From: a virus
Lineage: Duplodnaviria > Heunggongvirae > Uroviricota > Caudoviricetes
Virus record (IMG/VR): IMGVR_UViG_3300045988_171436
Span: 1-54,996 of that record
Reading direction: 5' to 3' (one strand)
Length of the DNA: 54,996 bases
A program made the translations under genes and the position numbers. The notes beneath the pieces were generated by a model, which worked only from the letters and a program-made list of their open reading frames with translations, had not been told where the DNA came from and ran no database searches. Within the stretch, counting starts at the first letter, position 1, and each line of letters starts with the position of its first letter. Of the stretch, positions 39,766 to 50,373 are shown in pieces.

Positions 39766-40101
39766 GGCTGGTGAACTTCCGATAGTGCGAGTATTGAATG
39801 ATTTCCAACTGTTATCGATTTTGCGTATTTTTTGCATGAGAGGATTTTTACCTCCTCCCACCGATCCTCCATGGCTTTACGCCAGTGTCTCTGGTCTGCT
39901 ATGTGCCAGAAGCGGACGTTGCGGGACGTCAGATATCTAAAAAAACTAATGGTCCGCTTGGATAGATACTTACACAGGATGCAATAAAGAGTTTCTATTT
40001 CTTTGTGGTAGCAAACTTTGATTTCTGAAGGATAATACCTCCAATAAGTTGAAATCACATATATCGCTAAAGACTCTATACAACAACCAAGAGAGACCGC
40101 A

Positions 40102-41487
40102 ATGGATAGTGTCAGTAGTGTTGAGCGTTTAAGAACAAAAGCTTTTTATCAGTTGCTTGTGGATAGGCTTGGAACTGAGGCCTGGGCTGCTCGCAAAGCT
40201 GCATATTTCAAGCGCATAAGAGAGAAGGAGGCTAAGTTTAACATCAATCTGCCGATAGAGCCCCAGCTCTTCATACCAGCAGAAGATGACATCGACTGGT
40301 ACATTCTGGCGTCGTATCTGTCTCATGATTTTCCATATAGTGATGCTACTTACAGCAGCAGACGTATCTACCCCTATGCTATGGCCATCGGAGCTGTTGC
40401 AGACCAGCTTCGCAAAGTCCCATACGTCGATGATGTTCTGGACAAAATGCTAGCAAATAACAATAAACCAGAAACTCAAATTTTTGAGCTGCTGACGGCA
40501 TCGTTCTACCTAAAGAACGGCTATGAGGTTGCCTTCATCCCAGAAAGCAGCATTGTTTGGCCCGATGGAAAGACCAAAAAATCACCGGATATGCTTGTCA
40601 AGTTAGGTGATCTGGAGTTCTACGTCGAGTGCAAAAGGTCGGATAAGCAAACCAAGTACTCAAAGACAGAAGAGCAAGCCTGGGCCAACATCTGGCATCA
40701 ATTGAGCCAACATATGCTCAAAGTCGCACCATGGAACATTGTCGATATAATTTTCCATGAGCAGGTCGCCAGTGTGACTCCGGCAGACGTTATTAAAGCG
40801 GTGAATCTAGCCATTAAAGGGGGGACGGGAAAAGCTAATGAAGGTTCAATCAGTGTGGGAATACGAGCCATCGACAAATTAGGTCTCAGACGTCACTACA
40901 GAAAATTTTCAGTCAGAGCCAATAGCCCACAGCATGAATTGCTGGTATTTGGGGATCTAGATAGCAATGAGAAACGAAGTATCTCGACTATCGCTCAGAG
41001 AGTTATTCGTCCTGGCACCAATAACGATATTCTCAACATTTTTGTAGAGGATGTTGCAAAGTGCGTTGGAGCTCAGTGGCGCTGCGATCATGAGATTTCT
41101 CTTGGCCTCAGATCCAAGCATTTCAAGAGCTTGCTCAATGATGGAGTCATGCAGATTCCCCCTGATCGTGCTGGCGTGGTGCATATTTGGTATGAGACTT
41201 GCGAAGGCATAGATATTGAAGAACTACGTAGGGATAAAAACATGGAGCATATCTCGGCCTACGATGCCTCTAAAACAACTGTGTTGGGTGCTTTCCTGCA
41301 TGCCGTTAATTATTACCCATTAGAGGACAACTATGAGTGGGCTGAGACTGTTCAAGACTTTGCCCGTGTCCCGGATTTGATGGGGCTCTTCCTTAGACAG
41401 CCATTGATGCTTACATCTGACTCGACGCGTGGGGTCGAAGGTGTCACACATTGGGAGCAAGATAAGGCCGCAAAAAGCATGCGTTGA
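40102..41487 (+). CDS. PD-(D/E)xK nuclease-like protein with large unknown C-terminal region (461 aa)
   Basis: ELLTASFYLKNGYEV ... SPDMLVKLGDLEFYVECKRSDK gives the E / PD / ExK triad spacing. Confidence 0.5.
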   Translation: MDSVSSVERLRTKAFYQLLVDRLGTEAWAARKAAYFKRIREKEAKFNINLPIEPQLFIPAEDDIDWYILASYLSHDFPYSDATYSSRRIYPYAMAIGAVADQLRKVPYVDDVLDKMLANNNKPETQIFELLTASFYLKNGYEVAFIPESSIVWPDGKTKKSPDMLVKLGDLEFYVECKRSDKQTKYSKTEEQAWANIWHQLSQHMLKVAPWNIVDIIFHEQVASVTPADVIKAVNLAIKGGTGKANEGSISVGIRAIDKLGLRRHYRKFSVRANSPQHELLVFGDLDSNEKRSISTIAQRVIRPGTNNDILNIFVEDVAKCVGAQWRCDHEISLGLRSKHFKSLLNDGVMQIPPDRAGVVHIWYETCEGIDIEELRRDKNMEHISAYDASKTTVLGAFLHAVNYYPLEDNYEWAETVQDFARVPDLMGLFLRQPLMLTSDSTRGVEGVTHWEQDKAAKSMR

Positions 41488-41733
41488 AAGTGGCTGGAAT
41501 ATGGCGATACTGGGAACATAACTATTCACCGCGTTTCATAACCCACTCTCGGCTGATTAACACACGTTATCGTTGGAGGAAAGGACCAATTCCCTACGTC
41601 CGCTCCTCGCTCATAACAGACATAAACTTCAGTTATGGCATAAAGGTATGCATGCTGGGTGGGGAAAGTATGAAGGAAAAGAAGACTGCTGCGCCGTTTG
41701 TCGTCACGTTTATCTTCATTGGCTATGCAAGTC

Positions 41734-41793
41734 GTAATACAAGGTGGGACAAAACTGAGACACATAAGGCCTCGCAATGGCTTGCAAGGCTTT
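41734..41793. repeat. 59-bp imperfect direct repeat, copy 2
   Basis: Aligned to 36932-36990. Confidence 0.7.
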
Positions 41794-41869
41794 ACATGTT
41801 TTGATGTGGTGGGACGTGTGAGCGCAGTATTGATGGGGTAATGCTTTGAATTAGAAGCGGATTCTTATA

Positions 41870-41916
41870 ATTCGTAATGCGAAGGTCGTAGGTTCGACTC
41901 CTATTATCGGCACCAT
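41870..41916 (+). repeat. attR core: duplicated 3' end of tRNA-Thr
   Basis: Exact 47-bp copy of 7-53. Confidence 0.8.
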
Positions 41917-42264
41917 CTTTTCTCGTAAAATCATCAGGTTACTATTGCAGAGTTTTGCTTTGTTTAACACTAATGTGCAATTTTGCGCGTTGTAGGTGTG
42001 GCAAAATTGTGGCAAGTCCAGTGAGATTGTTTGTGGCTCAATGCAAGGGTATGCTAACAGCACGTGTTACCTTTTAGCTCCCGCCTATCTTGCCTTTTGA
42101 GCAATATTTCTACTTCTTGTTACGGACGTTGTCAGGCCTGCACGGTTAGGTTGAAAGGATGTTACTACAACAACATACACAGGCATTCAAACGCGGTTAG
42201 TCGTCCATTTGGGAATTTGCATTGACTTGGCTACCTGACCTGCCCCCACGATTAGATACAACAC

Positions 42265-43098
42265 TCAGTTAGTAACGTCGGAATCTTCATTCTCAGAATG
42301 ACCCTTTCTCCAGCCCGCTGCAAATTCAGACGGTGTCTGATAATTCAGCGTGGAGTGCGGGCGGCATTCGTTATAATCCTGCCGCCAGTCATTAATAATT
42401 TTCCTGGCATGAACGATATCGCTGAACCAGTGCTCATTCAAACATTCATCGCGAAATCGTCCGTTAAAGCTCTCAATAAATCCGTTCTGCGTTGGCTTGC
42501 CCGGCTGGATTAAGCGCAACTCAACACCATGCTCAAAGGCCCATTGATCCAGTGCACGGCAAGTGAACTCCGGCCCCTGGTCAGTTCTTATCGTCGCCGG
42601 ATAGCCTCGAAACAGTGCAATGCTGTCCAGAATACGCGTGACCTGAACGCCTGAAATCCCAAAGGCAACAGTGACCGTCAGGCATTCCTTTGTGAAATCA
42701 TCGACGCAGGTAAGACACTTGATCCTGCGACCGGTGGAAAGTGCGTCCATGACGAAATCCATCGACCAGGTTAGATTGGGCGCCGCCGGACGGAGCAGCG
42801 GCAGACGTTCTGTTGCCAGCCCTTTACGACGTCTTCTGCGTTTTACGCCCAGACCACTGAGGTGATAAAGCCGGTACACGCGCTTATGATTAACATGAAG
42901 CCCTTCACGGCGCAGCAACTGCCAAATACGACGGTAGCCAAAACGCCTGCGCTCCAGTGCCAGCTCAGTGATGCGCCCTGATAAATGCGCATCAGCAGCC
43001 GGACGGTGAGCCTCATAGCGGCAGGTCGACAGGGATAAACCTGTAAGCCTGCAGGCACGACGTTGCGACAGACCGGTCGCATCACACATCAACATCAC
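42265..43098 (-). CDS. IS3-family transposase OrfB (DDE integrase domain)
   Basis: DDE-type catalytic region (WSMDFVMD ... TDQGPEF ... [16 protein letters not shown]). Confidence 0.85.
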   Translation of the reverse strand: MMLMCDATGLSQRRACRLTGLSLSTCRYEAHRPAADAHLSGRITELALERRRFGYRRIWQLLRREGLHVNHKRVYRLYHLSGLGVKRRRRRKGLATERLPLLRPAAPNLTWSMDFVMDALSTGRRIKCLTCVDDFTKECLTVTVAFGISGVQVTRILDSIALFRGYPATIRTDQGPEFTCRALDQWAFEHGVELRLIQPGKPTQNGFIESFNGRFRDECLNEHWFSDIVHARKIINDWRQDYNECRPHSTLNYQTPSEFAAGWRKGHSENEDSDVTN

Positions 43099-43121
43099 GG
43101 CTTCCCGCTTCTGGTCTGTCG

Positions 43122-43385
43122 TCAGTACTTTCGCCCAAGAGCCACCTGAAGCGCCTCTTTATCCAGCATGGCTTCGGCAAGCAGCTTCTTGAGTCTGGTG
43201 TTCTCTTCCTCAAGCGACTTCAGGCGCTTAACTTCAGGCACCTCCATACCGCCATACTTCTTACGCCAGGTGTAAAACGTGGCATCGGAAATGGCATGCT
43301 TGCGGCAGAGTTCACCGGCGGGTACCCCAGCTTCGGCTTCGCGGAGAATACTGATGATCTGTTCGTCGGAAAAACGCTTCTTCAT
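43122..43385 (-). CDS. IS3-family transposase OrfA (HTH)
   Basis: 87 aa, HTH plus leucine-zipper-like C-terminus, directly upstream of orfB. Confidence 0.85.
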   Translation of the reverse strand: MKKRFSDEQIISILREAEAGVPAGELCRKHAISDATFYTWRKKYGGMEVPEVKRLKSLEEENTRLKKLLAEAMLDKEALQVALGRKY

Positions 43386-43831
43386 GGGGATGTCCTCATG
43401 TGGCTTATGAAGACATTACTAACATCGGGGTGTACTAATCAACGGGGAGCAGGTCATACCCATTCGCATTTTACTTGGACATCTCTAACAAAAATGCAAC
43501 CAATACCCAGTTAAACTGGAAGATAGCTTTGAGCGAACAGCGGAAGTTCATAGTTGTTCAAATTTCTGATGAAAGCTTTACCAGCCTCGCTATGCCACTC
43601 CTTCCCACACTATGGATATTTTCCTTAATAGTCATACCGAACGAACTTGAGTGGCTTATGCGCAAATGTTCTAATCTTCTTGTCTCAGCCATCATTGCTC
43701 TGGTACTGGATTGTATTTCTTGGTATAGGATAGCCCCCTTTACAGGGGGGCAAATGTAAAGCAATCTTTTTTGCATTGAGTTTCTACTTCCAGTGAATGC
43801 GTATTTAATTATTAAATATTACTTATGTTGA

Positions 43832-45190
43832 TTAAACTTTGAAATTGCCATCTAAATGTTGTTCAAATCGCCCTGTTAATATCAATAACTGGATTAAAAG
43901 GGAGGATACTCTATTTCTGTTGGAGTCGATACCTAACATATATAAGTCACCGGCAACTGTATTTATATTGCCATGCTCAATGCAATTTGGTAGCATTTTT
44001 AAATCTTGAGTTTTTAGTATTTTTTTGTATTTTCGTCCGATTAATTCAACAACCTTTTTCGTCCCAATCTCAGATATAATCTTATATGGACAATTGAAAA
44101 GCTCAAAAAAAATCTCATATTCTTCTTGAGACTTTTCTAGCAATTCATTTAGTTCTAAAAAAAAGTCTTTCCCATTAATATATTCTTTCCATATGTCCAT
44201 ACGTACAACATTTTTTTTATCATAGTATGGTTCTAAACTTGAAATCGGTTTTCCAATGACAATATCATTATTTGTTGATTTATAGTTGAACTTAACATAG
44301 CCCTTTAGTAAATTGTTATTACCCTCTTCTGTATTTTGGTGGTTTTTATTTATTGCTGTCATAATCATGGTTTTTGATTTTTGATTCCACGAATTGTCAT
44401 TATCTATCAAATTTGAATCTACAAGTATGTTATTTATAGTGCTATTATTGCAACTTAATATTTTTATTTTACCTTCTTCAATATACGGAGCATCAGAATC
44501 GAGAGATAGTTTATACCAACGTGATTTATCCCCATCTTTTTTTATTGCCAACCCAAAAGGCTCATTGGTTCCTACACCAACATATAATGGCAAATAAATT
44601 TTTTTGCCATTTACTTGGTTGCATTTTATTATTTTTAGATGAATTTTTTCTTTTTCTACATGTAGAAAATTATCTTTAAAATAGTCACGCAACTCTGTGT
44701 GATTTATTTCATTAAAGTCAATTTGGCTTATTTTTCTTGAAACATCAAATTGCTTATCCCATTGAGGAAACTCGAAAAATTCTAAATCAATGACTACACC
44801 ATCCTTAAGGCCTAGTTGTCTTAAATCGTTTAAGATACTATCATTTTGTATTACCGATTCTTTCCTGGAAACCTCAATGCGATAATCTAAACCCATAAGG
44901 TGATAATTGAAGTTATGATATAATGATGTCCTGAAATCCCATCGTCCAAATAAGTCCTTTTCGATACCACGATCCTCTTTGATGAATTTAAAAAGTTCAA
45001 TCCCAAAAAAAGAATTTTCCACATCATTAATTAAAGAAAAATTGAATTTTTCGTTTGAATATATGAAGCTCTTTAAAATATAAGGTAGGTTTTTGTCCGG
45101 GCCTAATATTTCATCTGTCATTATTACATCTGACTTAATTAAATCATTTGTTTTTTTAATTCTTTCATTTATTGATTCAATAAATCTCAT
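43832..45190 (-). CDS. Hypothetical protein (452 aa), very AT-rich
   Basis: Long ORF, Asn/Lys/Ile-rich; no recognised motif. Confidence 0.5.
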   Translation of the reverse strand: MRFIESINERIKKTNDLIKSDVIMTDEILGPDKNLPYILKSFIYSNEKFNFSLINDVENSFFGIELFKFIKEDRGIEKDLFGRWDFRTSLYHNFNYHLMGLDYRIEVSRKESVIQNDSILNDLRQLGLKDGVVIDLEFFEFPQWDKQFDVSRKISQIDFNEINHTELRDYFKDNFLHVEKEKIHLKIIKCNQVNGKKIYLPLYVGVGTNEPFGLAIKKDGDKSRWYKLSLDSDAPYIEEGKIKILSCNNSTINNILVDSNLIDNDNSWNQKSKTMIMTAINKNHQNTEEGNNNLLKGYVKFNYKSTNNDIVIGKPISSLEPYYDKKNVVRMDIWKEYINGKDFFLELNELLEKSQEEYEIFFELFNCPYKIISEIGTKKVVELIGRKYKKILKTQDLKMLPNCIEHGNINTVAGDLYMLGIDSNRNRVSSLLIQLLILTGRFEQHLDGNFKV

Positions 45191-45808
45191 ACATCCCTCA
45201 CTTGTTTTTATTGAAATGATTTTGATATTTTAAGGTAAATACATGAAAAATAAAATGAGAAAAAGTATATAAAACGATACACTTTGTATAAGAATAGTGC
45301 CACATACCTAAACCTCTACTTATTATTTTTTCTTTACGATTTAATATCATAGATTTATCCTCATTTATCCAAACGTATAAGTCTGTATGAAACATTATAT
45401 CTCACGAATTTAGCCTGTCTCAGAAAAGACTGAACATAATTACGGTTTAGCCCAGTTAGGAAAAGTGAAGCTGATGGGCTTCTTTATTTCAGGGAGCTTT
45501 AGGCTCCAACCAAGCGGTAACGTCACCGGCACCGTTGATAAAGTCAAAAAGGATGAACGACTGTTCCAGTCTCATGCAAGAATTAATTACTTGATATCCA
45601 GCATGAAAAATAAAACTCACCGGCATTACCATTTGCCACTACATCTATATATCTCATGCGTATACTTGTATTCATTATTATTCCCCATGGTCAAATACTA
45701 TCACTCCTTTGTATATTACAATGGTTTAATGCAATAAACTGCTAAAGCACTGCATTTAAACTTTTATCCAACGAGTGAAGGCCATTGTAATTAACTTAAA
45801 AGCATGAG

Positions 45809-46807
45809 CTAACTTTGCTTATCATTCAATTTGTCAAGTAGTATTTTTAACGTAAGCAAAAGTCGCTTTTGAAATTGGTTGGTGATTTCTGGGAGTCGAT
45901 GATTTATTTTAGTATCACCACTATAAAATAAATTTCGACTTTTATACGACTCAAAACGTCCTTCTGATGTTTGGTCAGGGAAAAGCAAATATTTTTCAAT
46001 GCATGCATTGTTCAGGATAACTCTATATGCTTTTGGCATATCGTCTAAAAGACCATCATGTATGATATGGTTTCGAACACATTCTATTTCATTAATAAAT
46101 GGACATTGCTCAAATAAAGATCCTTCATAATTATTTAAGCTCACTTTCTTTTTGTCGCCATATTGAGAGTTTTTGGCTGTCAATTTAACATAAGTAGAGA
46201 ACTGTGTTTTTAAATTTTCAATTTCTATAGCTAGTTTTGTTATGTAGTCAAGCAAACTGTGCATACGGATATAAATAAAACTAAGTAATGCAAAGAGCTT
46301 GGTCACGACTGGTGATGTCACATATCTTATACCGTCCTCCTCTTTAATGTTAGGGTAAAACAAGGGTTCAAAATTTAACGTGTAATAAAACTCCCCTTGA
46401 AGTTGCATCACTTCCTTGCTGCACTCCTGTATGCTACTTACAATTTTACGGCAATCAAAAAGGTAAAGGGCTTTGTTTACGTCAGTATTTCCTTTAAATT
46501 TATCAATAAATAAAATAAATGTTTCTTTTGAAACTACGGATTCTGAATTCAGACCTGCTGTTGATAAAAACTCAGGGGCCATATAAAGGAACTTGTGGTA
46601 GTTTTCTAACCCATCAAAAATGCTATTAGCTATAGCATCATGGATATTAACGCATAATGCATCGATCGCATAAAGATGATTCTCTCTGTTTGGGTACCAT
46701 CCTCCTTGAGGATCATGTATAAAGTAAATATCTTCACCTCCAATAGATTCAGTTGGTATCCCTTTTAAAGTCAAATACATGTTTTCATGTGAAGGTATCA
46801 TATCCAT
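45809..46807 (-). CDS. Hypothetical protein (332 aa) with HEPN-like Rx4H motif
   Basis: AT-rich; C-terminal ECVRNHIIHDG matches the R-x4-H signature; surrounding helices predicted. Confidence 0.5.
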   Translation of the reverse strand: MDMIPSHENMYLTLKGIPTESIGGEDIYFIHDPQGGWYPNRENHLYAIDALCVNIHDAIANSIFDGLENYHKFLYMAPEFLSTAGLNSESVVSKETFILFIDKFKGNTDVNKALYLFDCRKIVSSIQECSKEVMQLQGEFYYTLNFEPLFYPNIKEEDGIRYVTSPVVTKLFALLSFIYIRMHSLLDYITKLAIEIENLKTQFSTYVKLTAKNSQYGDKKKVSLNNYEGSLFEQCPFINEIECVRNHIIHDGLLDDMPKAYRVILNNACIEKYLLFPDQTSEGRFESYKSRNLFYSGDTKINHRLPEITNQFQKRLLLTLKILLDKLNDKQS

Positions 46808-47157
46808 AATTTTTCTGGAATTCCTCTTATGAAGCGAAAAACTGAGATGTGTACATAGGTTAATTTAAACAAGATAATCAAAATTTGAAAGCAATAATTT
46901 TTCATCTCAGGGGTTATCAAAAGACGCAGGGGGTTATATGGGTTTTTCTTTACTCAACCTAACGTCCGCTCCTGGCACAGAGCGGAAAAGCTCACTGGGC
47001 CAAAGGTCTGCTGTGAGCGAGGAGAGGAAGTTCCAGTGTTCTGCAACAGACGAAGGCCCTAATCAATGGATAGCTGGTAATGGTTAATATGCCATTGCTC
47101 TAAGTTAAAAGAATCTGTGTGCTCCTGGCTCTGGTAGTCTCAATGAAGATAATATTA

Positions 47158-50100
47158 TCAAGGTGAAGTGATCGTTTTAAATACATCAAAAAAATAAGAT
47201 GGGAAGCCTTGTAGCATTACTTCAAATCTCTCTGGGTTTTGTCGAATCATGTGTCGGGCGTCAAAACTAACTTGAATAGCACCTTGAGTCGTTCCTTCTG
47301 CAAGACACTGGGCAATTACGCGTTCAGCAAATCCCGCTTCAAAAAAGGCAATGCAACTCTGATTCGGAAGTCCATATTTCAATCGCTTCTGAAGAAGATC
47401 AACATATTCTCTAAAAACCTCACCCGCCTGTTCTGAAGAGAACGCGAGAAAGGATTCCTTTACCGCTGCGAGCAACAGCGCAAACTCAAAGCCAAATGTT
47501 TGTTCACACAGGTCTACAACCACATCAAGATCAAATTTTCTTTGGTTCGCACCATAGGGATAGGATGCACCCAATTTGTCAAGCCGTTGAACGAGAGCTG
47601 CAAACGAATCTCCAGCCAGCCACCCCAATGCTAATTTCTTAAGTGCCCCATTAGGAACTATGTCGCTCAACCGTTTTTCATTAGATAAGAGTACTAAAAG
47701 CGGCCATAGCATATCAAACAGGTGATCGGCAGAGGTTGCTCCCTCGAGTGCGTTTGCATTTGTAGTGACCCATGATTCGATTGCCAACGCTTGATCAATA
47801 CCTAACAAAGTCCGCCCGAAACGCTTCTGGATCGCTGTATCTGGAACAAAAAGTTCGATCCTTCGCGCCACAGACTCGAAGATATCTGTCAGGAGTATTT
47901 TTTGCTCTTCAGTGGCAAGCGAGTAGGCAAGTGTTTCAGTAACCAATTCTCGAGAGTTGTCCACAAAAGTTTCGGGCTGAACATCACTACGATATGTCAT
48001 TAAGAAGCTTTCAACAGCTTCAATTATCTTTTTCTTGGATTTAAGTTGTTCGATTAGTGAAGCGACCGAAAAGTTCTGTTTAGGAATATTGATAGGAACG
48101 CTCTCTACCCACTTTAAAAGAGCTTCCCAGTCATTGACAATGTAAGTGGCTACTTCAGCAGAGCTTGGAGAGCTTAGAATAACTGTTCCGAGGTCATTTC
48201 GCAGAGGATCGAAAAGAGAAAGCAATGTACTTCCAGTTGGCTCAGCACTATCAGGATTGATTAGATTGATCGTTTCTTGCCAACGGTACGTCTTTGCGAA
48301 ACGCTCGTCATAGAGACGGGGGTCAGTGAAAATAACAGTACCCTCACCGTACATTCCGGCACGTCCAGCGCGTCCCATGAGATTATGGAAGTCGCGTACT
48401 TTGATCGATTCACGCCCCTGCATTGCGCTTGTTACAAGTAGGTATCGAATCGGAAGGTTAACACCCTGTGCAAGCGTCGAGGTGCAGATGATCAATCGAA
48501 TAAGGCTTTGCCTCATAGCATACTCAATAGCCAGACGAACACCTTGGGGAGTGTTGCCGTGATGAGCAAAAATGCCTAAAGCAGCTGCTTGTGTCAAATA
48601 TGCATTAGCACCAAAATTACGTTCGAAGAGATAAACAAAGCGACGAATCTCATTAGGGTCACTATGGGCAGAAGGTGGCTCAAGTGAAATTCCACGACGA
48701 AAAATATCTTCGGCGGCCTCACGAACAATTTTTGCAGCAGAAGACTTTCTTCCTGTGAAAATAGCAACCCCACCATTTTTCAGCAGACGTAAACTAAGAT
48801 ATAACGCTATGGAGCCACTCTCCTGAGTAGGGAAAAAACGATCCTTTCTTTCCTTAGGTAATCGAGGCATTTTTTCTGAAACAATAACTCGCGGGACAAA
48901 GAATTTCTGATCGCTATCAGAGGCCACATTGAACTGAAGTTGACCATCTTTACCTTTCGGAAGGCTGGCAAAGGCAATGAGTCTACTAGCCTGTAAGGCT
49001 CTACTGGAGACAACCTTTGAACCGTCATTTAATAGCCATGCAGCAACAGAAGCAGCATTCTGAATTACTGCTGAAATCAACACGCTCTGGGCATTTTCGT
49101 GTAGCATTCGCTTAATGGATGTTAACAGCAGTTCATAAGTTACACCCCGGCTGCCTGTGTCAAACTGATGCCCTTCGTCATAAACTACCAATCCAGCTTT
49201 CTGAACAATGTCTGGCTCTTGTCGAAGTATGTAAAGAAGCTTTTCCGGGGTAAGAATAATGACTTGTGGCTTCGATTCGACCTCTGAGTCAAATATTCCA
49301 GATTCCAAATCGAGAAAATCTGATAAGTTAGAAAAATCGAACTCGACATCTGGTTGCAACGCGTCACTGGGTTGATTGACGTCATAGCCATCATCCTTGA
49401 ATGCCTTTTCAAGATCGTTTGCTATCTCTTGGCATAGTGCGCGGAAGGGGGCAATAACTAAAGCCAATTTCGTACGAGCAGAAAGAAATGCCGACCGAAT
49501 AATAAGCTCGGTAGCTCTAGATTTCCCGGCGCTCGTCGGCATCTGAACAACACCTGATGTCCCTTTATACAATCCAGCCTCTCCTAGCAAGCGCTGAGAT
49601 GGCCACATTTCCTTAATTGACATAGAACGCGATAAATATGTATCCCACTTTTCTTGCGGGAGGTTGCTATAGCGTGGAAGTAATGTCCAAGCAGAATTAG
49701 CGATGCGAGTGGCACTAATCGCTCCGAGCAAATCGGCCATAAGTAGGTCATGTGCAGACGCATGGCTATAGGCCCATTCGCGCAATGATTTAATAGCATC
49801 ATTGGCTTTCTGTCGGCCATTCAGGCCATTTCTGAAGTGTTGGCTCAAAACATCCAAAATATCTTTTGCACGTGAAGACTCTAGTGTCTCGTTGGTATGC
49901 TCCCAAGGCCGATCCATCGCAGTTTTAACTGCAATAGCTAAAGTATCGTGCTTAGGAAAATCTAGTTGGCTCAGTTTAGATAATTGGACTGCAGCATTTC
50001 CGGGTACATCACCAAGATAGAAACCAGCAGCGGCAAGTATGCGAAGATTGAAGGAGAGTTCTTTGTTAAGCAGGGAATCCTCAAAAGCTTGAAGGACTTG

Positions 50101-50373
50101 AGCCGAAAAAATAACCTCATCCAGTGGGGTTTGGGATTGTGCTTCAATCGAATTGCCGATGGTCTTAGCCACCACTTCGGACGCAAAGTCACCGACAGTA
50201 CCAACAGCTAATGGAAACTGCATCTCCAAATTGAGATCATCAGGAAGCTCTATATGGTCTCCTTCAGGAACTCCATACTCAAACATTTTTCCTTTTGATA
50301 GCGTAACTGCCGCCGCATATCGAGCACGTTTTTTAGGCTTCATTTTCTGCCCTCCAATAGAGAGCGTGAACAA
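47158..50373 (-). CDS. hamB: SF2 DExH helicase (Hachiman HamB-like)
   Basis: Walker A QMPTSAGKSRA, motif II VYDEGHQF, motif VI HNLMGRAGRAG; 41-nt overlap with upstream gene. Confidence 0.6.
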   Translation of the reverse strand: MFTLSIGGQKMKPKKRARYAAAVTLSKGKMFEYGVPEGDHIELPDDLNLEMQFPLAVGTVGDFASEVVAKTIGNSIEAQSQTPLDEVIFSAQVLQAFEDSLLNKELSFNLRILAAAGFYLGDVPGNAAVQLSKLSQLDFPKHDTLAIAVKTAMDRPWEHTNETLESSRAKDILDVLSQHFRNGLNGRQKANDAIKSLREWAYSHASAHDLLMADLLGAISATRIANSAWTLLPRYSNLPQEKWDTYLSRSMSIKEMWPSQRLLGEAGLYKGTSGVVQMPTSAGKSRATELIIRSAFLSARTKLALVIAPFRALCQEIANDLEKAFKDDGYDVNQPSDALQPDVEFDFSNLSDFLDLESGIFDSEVESKPQVIILTPEKLLYILRQEPDIVQKAGLVVYDEGHQFDTGSRGVTYELLLTSIKRMLHENAQSVLISAVIQNAASVAAWLLNDGSKVVSSRALQASRLIAFASLPKGKDGQLQFNVASDSDQKFFVPRVIVSEKMPRLPKERKDRFFPTQESGSIALYLSLRLLKNGGVAIFTGRKSSAAKIVREAAEDIFRRGISLEPPSAHSDPNEIRRFVYLFERNFGANAYLTQAAALGIFAHHGNTPQGVRLAIEYAMRQSLIRLIICTSTLAQGVNLPIRYLLVTSAMQGRESIKVRDFHNLMGRAGRAGMYGEGTVIFTDPRLYDERFAKTYRWQETINLINPDSAEPTGSTLLSLFDPLRNDLGTVILSSPSSAEVATYIVNDWEALLKWVESVPINIPKQNFSVASLIEQLKSKKKIIEAVESFLMTYRSDVQPETFVDNSRELVTETLAYSLATEEQKILLTDIFESVARRIELFVPDTAIQKRFGRTLLGIDQALAIESWVTTNANALEGATSADHLFDMLWPLLVLLSNEKRLSDIVPNGALKKLALGWLAGDSFAALVQRLDKLGASYPYGANQRKFDLDVVVDLCEQTFGFEFALLLAAVKESFLAFSSEQAGEVFREYVDLLQKRLKYGLPNQSCIAFFEAGFAERVIAQCLAEGTTQGAIQVSFDARHMIRQNPERFEVMLQGFPSYFFDVFKTITSP

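Larger units (their letters stand above)
42236..43457 (-). mobile_element. IS3-family insertion sequence (1222 bp) with 4-bp target duplication TACC
   Basis: Imperfect terminal inverted repeats TGACCTGCCCCCACGATTAG.../...CTAATCAACGGGGAGCAGGTCA; TACC at 42232-42235 and 43458-43461; orfA/orfB transposase. Confidence 0.85.

Noticed and set aside
41484-41804. 106-aa ORF ending in a hydrophobic peptide that overlaps repeat copy 2
   Set aside because: The homologous repeat copy 1 has an in-frame stop, so the coding capacity is not conserved and looks incidental to the repeat.
41870-41916. A second tRNA gene at the right end
   Set aside because: Only the 47-nt 3' fragment is duplicated; there is no acceptor stem 5' half or D-arm, so it is an att remnant.
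41851-42063. 70-aa minus-strand ORF spanning attR
   Set aside because: Its N-terminal part is the translation of the tRNA-derived att core (...VPIIGVEPTTFALRI), so it is an artefact.
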